DNA of 64,000 nucleotides from Vicugna vicugna. Lineage: Eukaryota. The stretch spans positions 1,126,048 to 1,190,047 of the forward strand of contig MU057947.1 in the NCBI GenBank assembly GCA_013265495.1, read 5' to 3'. The position numbers and the translations under genes are program-made. Positions 36,300-49,565 of the stretch are shown piece by piece; positions within the stretch are counted from its first letter, which is position 1; each line of letters opens with the position of its first letter. Below the pieces are notes generated by a model. It saw nothing but the letters and a program-made list of their open reading frames with translations. It was not told the origin of the DNA and searched no databases.

Positions 36300-37630
36300 C
36301 CAGTAGCGGAGACAAAATGAAGTCATAATGCTCAGAGAACCCAGAACTGGTCAGGAAAAGGGGAAACATGGAACGAAGGGAAGACAGCAAACCGGTAGGT
36401 TTAACCCAGTCCACTCGGCAGCTGTGTTAGACGCAGATGTCCTGAACATCGTAAGGGCGTTAAAACAACTTAAAAGCCGAGATGATCGGATCAGATGAAG
36501 AAGGAAGGGCCAGCAAGCGACACGCCATCACGAGAAACCCACTTTACATATGAAGACGTACCCTGCAAACGCTGATTGACCGGGTGCCGTCAAACAGACC
36601 TCAGAACAGGAGCGTTACTGAGACCAAGAGGAACATTGCATTAAGATGAGAGGTCAGTTAATCAGGAGACATAATCCTGAATGTGTATGCAGCCATGCAA
36701 GAGCTTTAATGTATGTGCAGCAAAAACTGATTGGATTGAAAAAGGAAGTAGGCGAATCCACAATTACAGGTGGAGGGTGTAGTACTCCCCCCGCTGTAAT
36801 CAGTGGAGCAAGTAAGCAGAAAATCAGTCAGGCTGTGGAGGGCTAGGACAGCGGCCCCCCCCAGCTTGATCTGACAGCCGGACACTCGCCCCACAGCAGC
36901 AGAGGAGACGTTCCGAGTGCGCGTGAAGCTTCACCAAGATGCGCCGTGTTCTGGGCTGTAAATGGAGCTTCAGCACACCAGCATATTAAAAATAGTTAGA
37001 ATTGTATAAAGTACATTCTCTAGTTATGAAGGAATTAAATGAGAGATCTTTAATAGGTATTTGGAAAATCCCCCACATTTGGAAACTACAAAGCATGCCT
37101 CTTAGTGACGGAAAGGGCAAAGGTGAAGGCACCGGGGCCGTGGGAATTATTTCGATTGACTGAAAATAAAAACACAGGCATAAAAATTTGTGGGACGCAA
37201 CTACTGCCGTGCTTTGAGAGAAGTTTGTAGCATTCAACATTTACGTTTTAAAACAAGAAAGATTTCAGATCAAGAATCTGTGTCTTTCTTAAGCAACTGG
37301 AAAAAGAACTAATCAATTACAAAGCAAACAGAAGGAGGGAGATACCTCAGAGAAGGGCAGAAACTGGTGAAGCTGAAAACAAAACTAGAGAAAATCAATC
37401 AAGCCAAAAGCTGGCTCTTTGGAAAGATCAATAGATTTGATAAACCTTTAGTCAGACTTGTCAAAGGAAAGGAAAGAGGACACAGATGGCCAATGTGAGG
37501 AATGGGAGAAGCGTCATTGCAGACCCCGAACCATGCAAAGGATAAACAGGGAACGTTATGAAATACGTAGCATCGTGAGCTGGGGGACATCCGTACGTCT
37601 CCTTTGACAAACCACTTACTAACTCCAGGC
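36300..37630 (+). mobile_element. Old L1 fragment, ORF2 endonuclease region
   Basis: Decayed EN-region motifs ('ataatcctgaatgtgtatgcagcc', 'aatccacaattacaggtggag', 'aaaatttgtgggacgcaac', 'gccaaaagctggctctttggaaagatcaatag'); many stops. Confidence 0.8.
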
Positions 37631-38329
37631 TTCCGTTTTACTGCCTTTAAATGGGTGGCGTAGCAGTACCATCCGTCAGCCCGAGATCGCGGTGCCGTCC
37701 GATTTGGTGTCTGCGGAGGGCCTGCCCCGGTTTGTAGGAATACGAGGGCGGAGAAGCAGGGGGTCCGGCACACAGCTTGCAGGCAGAGCCCGGACCTGCT
37801 AGTGGAGCCCAGGTTGGGAACAGGGGAACGGAGGAGTCACAGAAGCTCCCAGTTCGATCCGCGGGGTGAGTGACGGGGCTCGTCCCAGCGACAAGACTTG
37901 TGAAACGCACTTGGTGAGCAATGCCGGGGTCCTGGTTAGGGGGCCCTTCAGATTCACGAGGAAGAACTGACGTGCCGTTTTGTCACTACGCCCAGGCAGG
38001 GGGCTGTCGCCGCCCTTTGCTTTGTGTCATAAGCATAGTGGCTCTCAGAGCCCCGAGATGGGGACCTTGACCCAGCGCACGTCGTGTGGGGTGAATGGGG
38101 TCTCGTTCACCTAAGATGACAGCAGGTGGCCGGTTCACGTTCGGGTCTGGGGCTCACAGTCTCATGAGGTCACCTAGGTCCCCTGTGGGCGGAGGTGGCC
38201 CCCCCGTGTTTGCTGCACCACGTCCCCCGCGGCTCCGGCTCACTCTGAAGGCGGGGCCCCCGATGGGCGCCATCCTCTGACGCGCACGCAGACAGTTCTG
38301 TGCAACTTAGGCTTCCCTAGAGAGCCTGA

Positions 38330-39550
38330 GACTCAGAGCTTCATTTTTTTCTGCATCATTGGCTTTGAGCAGTGGGCAGTGCTGTGCCTCGTGTGGCTTT
38401 CTTCATGTTTGTTGTGCTTTAGGTTTGATGAGTTTTTTTGACCGATGGGTTTATGTTTTCGCCCAATTTGGACAGTTTTGGCCATGACACCCCCAACCTC
38501 TCCTCTCTTCCAGGGGCTCCTGTGGCACGTGTGTTTGGCCACTTGAAGCTACCCCGTAACCCCCTGACGCTCTGTTCACGTTTTTGAGCCATTGCCCCCT
38601 TTTTGTGTTTAATTTCGTCTACTGCTGTGGCTTCAAGTTCGCTGACTTTTTTTCTTCTACGATGTTTGATCTGCTGTTAATTCCAGCTGTTATGCTTATT
38701 TTAATGTCATACCTTATGGTTTTCATTCCTAAAACTTCCATTTTGGTCTTTTTAAATGTCTTCCACACTCTTCCTAACACGCACGTCTTTCCGTTCTGTC
38801 CTGGAGCACACGGGACAGCTACAGTAACTGCTTTCTGTACTTCCCTGCCAGTTCACCTCCTGTGTCGACGCGAGGTCGGTGCTGACTGTCCGCGTTTGCT
38901 CCCCGTTGCGGGTGTCAACTCCTTCCTTCTCTGTGTGGCTGGCGGTCTTTTGCCTGAAAGCCAGACGTTGTGGTTTCTACCTGACTGTTTGCCGGGTGTT
39001 TTCTGTCCTGTAAATATTCTTGAGCTTTTTCTGTGCCATGGCTTGGCTCCTCGGAGGCAGTTGGAGCCTTTCAGGTTTTGCTCTTACGCTTCTCAGACAG
39101 GAGCAGAGTGGTTTTTAGCCTGCGGTTGAATTACTCCACTACAGAGGGCGGACTCTTCGGGCCCCACCCTATGTCCTGCAACAAGATTTCCCCACTCTGG
39201 CTGGTGGGACGGGCACTGGTCCCTGCGTAAGCCTTGATGATCGGTCCCTGGAGTCCTCCTGGCGGGGGGTGGGGTCCCTTTCCCGGCCTCGGGCGGCTGT
39301 CGCAGGCACGCGCTGCTGTGTGAGCGGAGCCCCCTGCGGGCCTCTGGACTTCTCCCGGTTGCAGCCCCCTCCTCCCTGGGGCTCCGGGCTCTCCAGCCTC
39401 GTGGGCTCTCGTGGAATCCCAGCTCTGTGTCCTCAGCCCGGGGAGAAAACTGGGCTCTGCCCGGAGGAGGTTCTAGCGAGACGCTGATGCTTTAAGGCAA
39501 GTGCGAGGAACCCACTTGTTCGGTCTTCTCGCTCTGTCTTTCAGCACCTC
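38330..39550 (-). mobile_element. Old L1 fragment, ORF1/5' region
   Basis: ORF 38333..38542(-) ends '...PNKHEES-like HNKHEESHTRHSTAHCSK', a decayed version of the ORF1 'TPRHIIIK' region; T-rich on plus. Right boundary approximate. Confidence 0.6.
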
Positions 39551-41196
39551 TGGAAGCAGAGAACTTCAGTTAGTCGGGCTGTTAAACGGCTTATTCCACA
39601 TCTGAGCAGCTTCAAGTGTAGACGATCCTCCTAGTTTGTTGTTGCTGCTGCTGAGTCCCAGCCCCACCACTGTGACATGTGCCAGTCCCATGCCCAGCCC
39701 TCCTCTGTCTGTCTCGGGAGCTGACTTCAGTCCCTGCAGCATCTGGGTCTTCTCTCTGTTGCCTCCTTCTTTCCAGGCAAGGGGCTCGTGTTTAAACATG
39801 ACACTCAGGCAGGTCCGGTGACAGGGAACGGCCCCGGCCTCCTGCTTCTCAGATACGGTGGTTCTGTTAATGCAGCTCCGGGCTGCTTTGTCTTGAGGTC
39901 TGTGCTCCTCTGCTGTCTGACGAGGAGCCTACAGTTGACAGAAGCCCCCACATCTTGTTTATAGACATGATGTCAAGCTACAATAAGTATCGTATTTATT
40001 TTCTTCCACATCGGCTTTCGAGGGGCACATTTGGGCCAATGTGTGTTAGAAGTTCATTGGCAAAGAGCAAAAATACAAATGCAGGAGCTGAGCTTACACG
40101 CGGGTGAGTCCTCAGTGCTCATGTGCTAACCTGCCTTCTGAGTGAAGCTGCCTCACACGAGGGCTCGTTGGGAGAGGGTCCATGTCCGAAATGCAGCTGA
40201 GCACTTGGTTACCTGAAGATCTTGATGTTTTATAGAAGTCTTAAATTCGGCAGATTTCAGCATTTCAGACCAGACTCTTTTAAATTGGTTCTGATTCATT
40301 AAACCACACTTTAGAGAACACTTACTTAACCAATAACACTTACGGTATTGAAGTTGATGAGTAACAAATGGCCTGTGCTATTGACTTAATGCTGAAATGG
40401 AGATGAGCTATTGATATTTGGTTGAGGCGGCAGCTGCCGCGTAAGTGCCGTGCCCTGACACACAGAGCGCTGTTGTCACACAGGAGGATGAAGCGGCGAC
40501 GGCAGGGCGCCACAATTTAGAAAATAAAGGTTACGTGAAAGCATGAAATTATTTCACGTTAATTTTGCACTCTGCTCTTGAAGCTGATTAGTGTTAAATG
40601 TAATGAAATGTAATTTTTGCTGAACAGCTGAGCCAGGAGGGTGGCACAGAAACCTGCAATTAGCCCTGATTGGTACGGCGCCTTTTGTGTGTCAGAGAAG
40701 ATCTGAGTGCACGACGCTGGCCGACGAGGTGGCCCTGCTGCGGCTGCTCGCCTGGCCCCGGGCAGTGGACTGGCAGCGGTGGACTGACACGGGCTGTTTC
40801 ACATTTGCAGTTGCCTTTTCGGAGCCATTGAGACCCGAGTTACTTCCAGTTTTCCTGGGGCAGAAGGAGGGTGCCATGGGAGGTCTTGCAGAGGTCCTAG
40901 TGTGTGTCTGTGCAGGGTGAGGGGGTCGTTTTGGTCCCTGGAGGGAGTCTGGATCTGGTGTGTCACTCAGCCCCGTCTCCTCACCCTCCTCCCGCAGGGC
41001 TGTTGCTGGTGCAGTCGCCGGGATTCACAGTGATGAGCTTTGGCAAATGAACTCACTGTTGGGCATCAAGAAAGTGATCCGTTCCCGAGGTCTTAGTAGA
41101 GAGCTACGCCCATGTGTCCAGATGCAGTCATGTGCGTGGCTGATGAGGGAGCTTCTGACCCAGCAGCCCGGCCCCTCGGATTGCTGTTGGGAAGTT

Positions 41197-41214
41197 GTGT
41201 GTGTGTGTGTGTGT
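41197..41214. repeat. (TG)n microsatellite
   Basis: Read directly. Confidence 0.9.
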
Positions 41215-42329
41215 GCGTGCACCTTAAGGAACCTGTCCCTGAAGCATCAGACCTAAGCCTAGCGTGGCGGGAGTGACGGGAACTGACCCCACACCGGAGC
41301 GAGGCGGCCTGCCCCTGGCCTAGAGAATCCCACGCTGGAGCAGCGGGGAGCCCTGGCCTGTGGACCCTGCTGGATGGGGGGGAGCCGGGCCGCAGCCCCG
41401 TGCCCAGCTGCATCACGCGGCCACGTCAGCACCCACAGCCATGAGCCAGGGCCTGCTGGCAGGCGGAGCCGACTCCCGGGCTTCTCACCTGTGGGGTCAC
41501 TGGGGCTTCGTGAGAGCGGGCTTCCTGGCACTGTCACGAGAGCAGCCTGGACAACGAGGGGTGTTCGTTTGACTGTTAGAATGTGTGTGAGCTCTTTATG
41601 CGGTCTGAGCGGGCAGGGGGCCCACATCAGTTACACACCATGAAATTAAGTATGAGTTAGACGCTTACATCCTTGAAGACATCCAGGCAGGCGTGCAGAG
41701 CCAGTCGGCCTGTGCCGGCCTGCGGTTTCTCTCTCCTGACTTTCTCAGAGGTCCATGTTGGACGGAATGACTTCTGATATCCTGCTAAGTCAGTGAAACG
41801 GGAGACGGTCGAGGGAAGTCAGGCGAACCACCTGTCAGGACTGACAGGCATGGCTGGCGTGCAGGTAACATGCTGTTTCAGGATGGACAGGTGTGGATTA
41901 TCTCCCATTTCCCCCTGGTGTCGAGCAGGGGGACTTGATCTCTGTCCAGTGGTCAGCAGGCACCATATTCTTTACTTAGATCCCAGAAGCTCCTCCTGGC
42001 ATCTGGCCTTGTTCTCCCCAGCTTTTCCTCATTCCAGGTGGTGAGGAAGGCCCACCAGCCGGAGAACTTCTGCCCGTGCCCTGAATAATTCCCTGCTCTG
42101 TGACCAGGAGCTGGACCCGCCACCTGCGTGGCTGCTGCATCCGAAAGGGAAGTCACGGGGCGGTCTGCAGCGTCTCAGATTTCTGTGTGGTTCAGAATGA
42201 AAGGTCCATTCACCTTTGTCTTTGGAGTCAGCCCCACTAAACCCAGCAAAGGTGCTCTTGTTTCTTAGCCCAGAGTGAAGCATGTCCAGGCACCTGGCAG
42301 ACACCCCCTTTTCAGTGGCAAAATGGGAA

Positions 42330-42800
42330 TTCACTTGCACGTAGAATTCAAAAGTGCTAGAGAGTCGGGGCCCCTGCTGAGCTCATCCAAGTGTGACTCG
42401 GATTCCATCCATCTTAGCTTGTCTTAGCTCTCAGGTGGGCCCCCCGAGCCAGCCCCAGCCAGCAGCTCCAGCATCGGCCATGTTTTCACCTAAAATTGCA
42501 GCAGGAAGAGAGTGTTTCTTCCGATGGTTCCAAAATTCCAGTCCTGGGATCGTTTATCTTTGGGTGATTTTGGGTCATACCCTCAGCTCTGAACCAATCA
42601 TTGCAGCTGCAGGATGGGGTGTGTGATTTTTTTTAGGTCTGGGTCACGTGCTTATCCTGAATTGTGGGTGCAGGGGAGGTGGGGTCAGTCCCTGCTAAAC
42701 CACACAGACTGAGAGTGACGGGGGGGTTGGCCTTCAGAGAAAATCAGGGTGCCGTTTCTGAGGAATGCATAGTCAACGTTAAGTGTAAAAACAGCAGTTT
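42330..42800 (-). mobile_element. Old MLT1K-like LTR fragment
   Basis: 'ctctgaaccaatcattgcagc', 'tctgggtcacgtgcttatcctg', 'accacacagactgagagtg', 'gaaaatcagggtgc'. Confidence 0.55.
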
Positions 42801-42855
42801 ACCACGGCGCCCAACACATATTTAAGTCACTGAATGAATAATGGTGCCAAGTTGG

Positions 42856-43299
42856 TGTATCAGTCTGGGTTCTCCAGAAAAATAGAACCAACAGGAGACA
42901 CATATATTTATTGTCAGGAACTGGCTCACATGGTATGGAGTCTGACACTCCCAGGATCTGTGGTCGCAGGCTGGAGGCTCAGAAGGGCTGATGGGATGAA
43001 TTTCAATCTAGAGCTGGCAGGCTCAAGACCCAGGAAGAGCCAGTGTTCCAGTCTGAGTCCCAAGACAGCAAAAACAAGCAACAACAACAGCGCCCTGGCT
43101 GGAGGCAACCAGGCAGGAGAAAATTCGCTCGCTCTCGTAGGAAGGCCAGCCCTTTTGCTCTTTTCAGGTCTTCCACTGATTGGATGAGGCCCACCATGCT
43201 GGGGAGGAAAATCTGCTTTCATCAGCCTGCTGCGTCCAGGAGGGCCCTCGCAGACGCACCCAGGCACCGTCAGGTAGACACACACAGCTCACCATCACA
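42856..43299 (-). mobile_element. MLT2B-like ERVL LTR
   Basis: 'tgtatcagtctgggttctccagaaaaatagaaccaacagg', 'ggaactggctcaca', 'ctgattggatgaggcccacca', end 'accatcaca'. Confidence 0.85.
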
Positions 43300-44019
43300 G
43301 TGTGCTGTCTGTCTGTCAGGCGACCTGGCCAGACCTCTCTTTGACTTCCAATCTGCTTTATTCTATTGGGAAATGGTCTAGTTTGTGTCTTTGTTTTTTC
43401 ACCTAATCAGGGGTAGCATCCAACTAGTAACTTGCCTCCGAGAGTTGAGAGATTTGGGATAATGAGGGACCAGTGTCCTGTTCTGGGGAGTGACTATGAA
43501 ATTTCTGATTTATGGGATGCAAATATCTCTCCTCACCCAAACGACATCCATCTGATGGGTTTGTTTCTCCCCCGCTGCCCAAGTTAATTGCATTTTTAAT
43601 GTTGTATTCTGTATCTGTCAAGAGTTAAATAAAGCCAGTAAGCTCAGGTTAGTTTCTAATGACATTGATGCCATTTTTAAAGATGAAGATGGCTTATTAG
43701 CCATACATTTTTAAACTGAAGCATGGGTGTGACTGGGAAGCTTGCACATCAGAGTCTGTCTGATTCTGAACACGTGGGGAGGTGGAGTGTCTGCCAGAGC
43801 CTTTACGCAGCAGCCTGGGCAGCACCAGGAGACGGAGACACAGTGTGTGCTTCCCTGCCTCTGACACGTGCCCCAGCGGGTCCCCAAAGTAGATGGATAA
43901 CATGTGGTGCTCAGGGGCTGGTCACGGCTAAATACTGTCATTTGTGCCTGAGGTTCATGGTGGGTCCTAAAGCCCTGGGCAGAGCTGGGTCAGGGGACTT
44001 CTAGTCTGGCACGTGGTGG

Positions 44020-45061
44020 GGATATCTGAACTGCCCACTCCAGATACAAGGACTTGAGCAAGCTGAGGACAGGAGGGGCGGAGCTTGCAGAATCACTGGG
44101 CTGGCAACAGCACCCCTAAGATGTCACTGGTCCCACATGCTCAGCCCATCTAAGAAGTGAAGTCTTTCATGAATCCAGCTCAGCCTAAACTATGGAAGCA
44201 CAAATGGATTATGTGCATGGCTTTCATATTCCTCCAGCTCCCCCACAGACACTAGTTAGCACAGGCAGAAAGCCAGCCTGGCTCCGGACGACTTGGCGAC
44301 AGCTCAGAAACTTGAGCATCTCAGAGGCCTGTGCTGGGGAAGACAAGCAGGAGGCTCCCAGCACTAGGCCTGGCTTTGCAGGAAGGAGAGAAGCACACAG
44401 TCTGAAGAATTCCTCCCCAGAGGGGAATAAGAAGTATGGAGTGGGCATGTCTGTAGACAAAGCCTGAGGAAAAATTCAAAATCCATAGCTGGGCTGACTG
44501 GTGAAGACATTTCCCAAAGTCAGTAAAGGCTGGAGGAGGTAACTGCTTCTTCAAATGTGAGACAGCAACTCAAGGCTTCAAGGAACGTGAAAAACCAAGG
44601 AGACGTGACACCACTGAAGGAACACAGTAAACTTCTGCTAACTGACCTGAAACAAACAGAGGTCTATGAATTGCCTGACAATTCAGAGTCATTGTTTTTA
44701 AGTAAGCTCAGTGAGCTGGAAGAGAACACAGATATATAACTAAGTGAAGCCAGGAAAATAACACACACGCACAGTGGGAGGTTCAACAGAGAGAGAAAAT
44801 GATAAAAAAGATGCAAGCATATTCTGGAGCTGAAGAATACGAGGAATGAATGAATGATGTAGACAGCATCAACAGCAGACTTTATCAAGTTGATGAAGAA
44901 TCTGTGAACTCAGCCAGGTCATTTGAATTTATCCAGTCAGAGGAGAAAAAAAGAAATAAAAATTGAAGAGTAAAGAAAGCCTATGTGAACTTTTGAATAT
45001 TGAGTGAAACAATGTCCATGGTATGGGAGTCCCAGAATAGGGAAGAGAGAGAGAGAGAGAC

Positions 45062-45105
<44 letters not shown>

Positions 45106-45113
45106 AGTATGAA

Positions 45114-45165
<52 letters not shown>

Positions 45166-45228
45166 GGAGAAAGAGAAGGCTTATTTAAGGGAGTCCCAGA
45201 ATAGGGAAGAGAGAGAGAGAGAGACAGG

Positions 45229-45260
<32 letters not shown>

Positions 45261-47688
45261 AAGAGAAGGCTTATTTAATAAAGTAATGGCTGGAAATTTC
45301 CCAAACCTGGGAGAGAGAACGGTCATAGGGGTACATGAAGCTTATAGGTCCCCAAACAGATTTAACCCAAAGAAGACTTCACTGAGGCATATTATAATAA
45401 AACTGTCAAAAATACCAGACAAAGAAAGACTTTTGAAAGGAGCAGGAGAAAAGGAACTCATCATACACAGCAGACTCCCACAGTGCTATCAATTGATTTT
45501 TCAGCAGAAAACATGATGGTAAAAACTGAAAGATTTTTCTTTACGATGAGAAACAAGACTAGGATGTACACTGTGGCCACTTCTATTCAACATGGTGCTG
45601 GAAATCCTAGCCAGAGCAATTAGGCAAGAAAAAGAAATAAAAGGCATCCAGATTAGAAAGGAAAAAATGAAACTGTCTCTGTTTGCAGATGAAAATATTG
45701 AATGTATATGGAAAACCCTAAAGACTCCATCAAATGTCTGTTAGCACTAATAGAAAAATTTGTAAAGTTGCAGGATAAAAAAATCAAAGTACAAAAATCA
45801 ATTGTGTTTCTATACGTTAACAATGAACTAACAGAAAGAGAAACTAAAGAGACCGTCTTAGCTACAGTACATCAAAAAACCCAAAATACTTAGGTATAAA
45901 TTTAACCAGGGAGGTGAAGGACCTGCACATGGAAAACTGCAAGGCGTTGAGAAAAGAAACTGAGGAAGATACAAATAAATGGAAAAATACCTCATGTTCG
46001 TGGATTGGAAGGATTAATATTGTTAAAATGCTCAGACTACCCACAGTGATCTACAGGTTCAGTGCAATCCCTACCAAATATCAATGGCATTTTTCACTAA
46101 AATAGAAAAAAAATCCTAAAATTTATATGGAACTACAAATGACCCTAATGGCCAAAGCAATCTTGAGAAGGAACAAAGCTGGAGGCATCACACTTCCTGA
46201 TTTCAAACTATGTTACAAAGGTGTAATAATCAAAACAGTATGGTACTCACATGGAAATAGACACATAGAACAATGGGACAGAATCAAGAGTCCGGAAGTA
46301 AACCCATGCATGTATAGTCCACTGGTCTTTGTCAAGAGATCCAAGAATACTCAGTGGAGGAGGAATAGCATCTTCAGTAAACGGTGCCAGGAAAACTGGA
46401 TATTTGCATGCAAAAGAATGAAACTTGAACCCCATCCTACTCACAAAATTAACTTGAAATGGATTAAAAACTTAAGTGTAAGATCTGAAACTGAAAAAAT
46501 TCTGTAAGAAAACATAAGAAAAAAGCTTTTAGACATTGGTCTTGACAGTGAGTTTGTGGAACTAGACTAGCGAGACCACATTGAATCACAGCACACAACC
46601 AACAAAATGATACGGAATGGGGGAAAATATTTACAAACCATTTCTATGTTAGGGGGTGAATACTCCAAATGTATAAGGAACTCAGGCAATTCAATAGCAA
46701 AAAACCAAATAATCCAATTAAAAAAAAATAGGTGACCTGAATAGTTAATTTTCCAGAGGGATGTACAGATGGCCAACAGGTACATGGAAAGATACTCAAC
46801 ACCACTGATCATCGGGGAATGCAAATCAGAACCATAGTATCACCTCATAGTTGTCAGGATGGCGGTCATCCATAAGACAGGAGATGACACCTGCTGGCGA
46901 GGGTGCGGAGAAGAGGAAGCCCCTGTGCACTGTTGCTGGGAATGTAAGCTGGAGCAGCCACTATGGAGGTTACTCAGAAAATTAAAAATAGAACTACCGT
47001 ATGATCCAGCATCCCACCTGTGGCGTCACTCTGAAGAAAATGAGGTCAGTGTCTTGAAGAGGTGCCTGCGTCCCACGTTCACTGCAGCGTTACTCACCAG
47101 GGAGCATTTGGAAACGAGCTGCATGTCCATTGATGGATGAATGGATAAGGAAAATGTGATAAATGCATGTGGATTCTTAATCAGCTGTGTAAGACGGGGA
47201 AATCCTGCCACTTCTGACAACATGGGTGGAACTTGAGGGCATTATGTTAAGTGAAACAAACCAGACAGAGGGAGGCAAATTCTGCATGGTCCCACTCATG
47301 TGTGGAATCTTAAAAAAAAAGTCAAACTCATAGAAACAGGGAGCAGAATGGTGGTTTCTGGGGGCTGGGAGGTGGAGGAGATGGAGAGATACTGGTCTTA
47401 AGGTACAAACTTTCAGCTATAAGACGAATAAGGTCTGGGGACCTAATGTAATGACATGGTGACCACAGTCAACAGGACTGTGTTGTTTACTTGAAATTTG
47501 CTAAGAGAGCAGTTCTTAAGCGGTTTCACTACAAAATATATGGCAACTATGTGAGGTAATGGAAGTGTTAATTAACTTAATTGTGGTAATCATTTCTCAA
47601 TGTATACATGTATCAAAGCATCACGCTGTACACTTTAAATATATACGTTTAAATTAGTCAATTATGCCTCAGTAAAACTGGAAAAAAA
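44020..47688 (+). mobile_element. L1 (L1MA8/9-like 3' end) with 5'UTR/ORF1 remnant, internal deletion, ORF2 RT to C-terminus and 3'UTR
   Basis: ORF1 motifs (GNFPNLG, RSPNRFNPKKTSLRHIIIKLSK) to ~45512, then ORF2 motifs ([51 protein letters not shown]), 3'UTR and A-run at ~47682-47688. Left boundary uncertain. Confidence 0.9.
45025..45278. repeat. (GA)n microsatellite within a tandemly duplicated unit (164 bp + 90 bp)
   Basis: 'gggagtcccagaatagggaaga(GA)n...gaaagagaaggcttatttaa' occurs at 45025-45188 and 45189-45278. Confidence 0.92.
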
Positions 47689-48724
47689 GTATCAGAAAAT
47701 GATGTAATGGTTCATACAACACTGAAGACATTTTAATGTATTCCAGAAATTTTTCTAAAATTTTCGTATGTAAGTTATCTAGTAACTACAGACATTATCA
47801 TATACTTGAGAAAACAGAGCGTTCAAACTCTCCTAACGTAAGGCGAAGAAACGGTGGAGCATTCCGGAAGATGTGTCCCTTTCTCCGTCCAGTCTGGGCT
47901 GTCGCCGATGCTGATGATCGCTTCCTGGGTGCTTCCTGCGTGGAAGCTCAGTTTTTCAGTGTCTGGCTGCGCTTTTCCTGCAGGTGTTCTGTTTCTGTCA
48001 TGTGATCACCAAAGCCAGTCCCTTTTCTGCAGACGCTGCCTCTCCTTCTGCCGTCCCTCCCCCGGAGCTGGCGCCTCCTCCCCTGGGATGCCGAGGACGG
48101 CTCAGCAGGCGGGCCTCTCAGCGCTCGCTCCACGCGGGGCTGCCCGTCCCAGCAGTCCTGCCCTGACGTTTTCCGTTTGCATCCTGTCTTCTCTTCCCCG
48201 CCCTGTTCCAGGCTGACAGTTCCTCCCTTAGACAGTAGCGGCCATTTTCTAATCAGGATAGAATCCAGGGGATCTTTGAACGAGGATGGGGAAAAGTACG
48301 TCTTTGTGTTCATTAACCTCAAACTGAAATCTGGCCTTTCCTTCAGAGGTGAATGCAGACGCCAGAGCCCCGTGGCGTGAACAGTTTGCTGGGACTTCGT
48401 CTCAAATACAGGCCTTGCTTCTGGGGGGGCCTGTTGCTCCTAAGCTGTTCCCACACATTGGAAGCCTTGAACTTCGGGAAGCTCCTTGGGACTCACACGT
48501 GTCTTCCTGTCACGTGGCAGGGGTGGAGACGTCGGACGTTCGCTCCCGCTCATCCCGCCCCAAACTCCTGAACGTAGTGCTGGGTCGGCCGCTTCCGGGC
48601 TTGCTGCCTCGTGCAGATAAAGCACCTCTCGTGTTACCGTATCACGCTTGTTTTCTAAAAACCGTTTGATGTGAGAACCAGCCTTCAATGCAGTTGATTT
48701 CCTTTGCACATCTGTGTTTATTTT

Positions 48725-48812
48725 AGGCCTTCAGCAGTCAGTCTTCTGAGAAGGGGCCATAGGCTTTGCCAGACTGCCAGATCCCATGGCTCAAAGTGTA
48801 AGAGCCCCACCC
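48725..48812. mobile_element. Possible hAT-Charlie MER fragment
   Basis: 'aggggccataggctttgccagactgcc...ccatggctcaaagtgtaagagcccc'. Confidence 0.4.
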
Positions 48813-48829
48813 CTGTAGGAACTGGCTTT

Positions 48830-49565
48830 CTTTTTTAATTGAAGTATAGTTTGTTTGTCTGTTTGTCTGTTTGTTTTACAATGTTGCGTTAGTTTCCAGT
48901 GCATAGCATAGTGATTCAGTTCTTTTTCTTTATAGATTCTTTTTCATTATAGATTATCATAAGACATTGAATGTAGTTCCCTGCGCTATACAGTAGGACT
49001 TTGTTGTTTATCTGTTTTATATATGGTAGTTTATATCTGCTAATCCCAAATTCCTAATTTATCTCTTTCCCCCTTTCCCCTCTAGTAATCGTAAGTTTGT
49101 CTTTTATGTCTGTGAGTCTCTTTGTGTTTTGTAAATAAGCTCATTTGTGTCATTTTTTTAGATTCCACATGTAAGTGGTTTCATGTGATATTTGTCTTTC
49201 TCCGACTTACTTCACTTAGTATGCTCATCTCCAGGTCCATCCATGTTGCTGTGAATGGCATTATTTCATTCTTTTTTATGGCTTAGTAGTATTCCTCTGT
49301 GTGTGTATGTGTGTGTGTCTCTGTGTGTGTGTGTGTACATACCACATCTTCTTCATCCAGTCATTTGTTGATGGACATTTAGGCTGTTTCCATGTCTTGG
49401 CTACTGTATATAGTGCTGCTGTGAACACTGGGGTGCAGGTGTCTTTTTAAATTAGAGTTTTCTCTGGATACATGCCCAGGAATGGGACTGTTGTATCATA
49501 TGGTAGCTCTATTTTTAGTTTTTAAAGGAACCTCCCTACTGTTTTCCATAGTGGCTGCACCAAAT
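48830..49565 (-). mobile_element. 5'-truncated L1 (3'UTR plus ORF2 end) with TSD
   Basis: T-rich tail at 48830; TSD aggaactggcttt at 48817-48829 and 49569-49581 (16 bp with one mismatch if extended left); homologous to 7960-8657; internal (TG)n at ~49298-49336. Confidence 0.93.

Noticed and set aside
45000..45188. RE-dipeptide and SL-dipeptide repeat proteins
   Set aside because: Translations of the (GA)n microsatellite.
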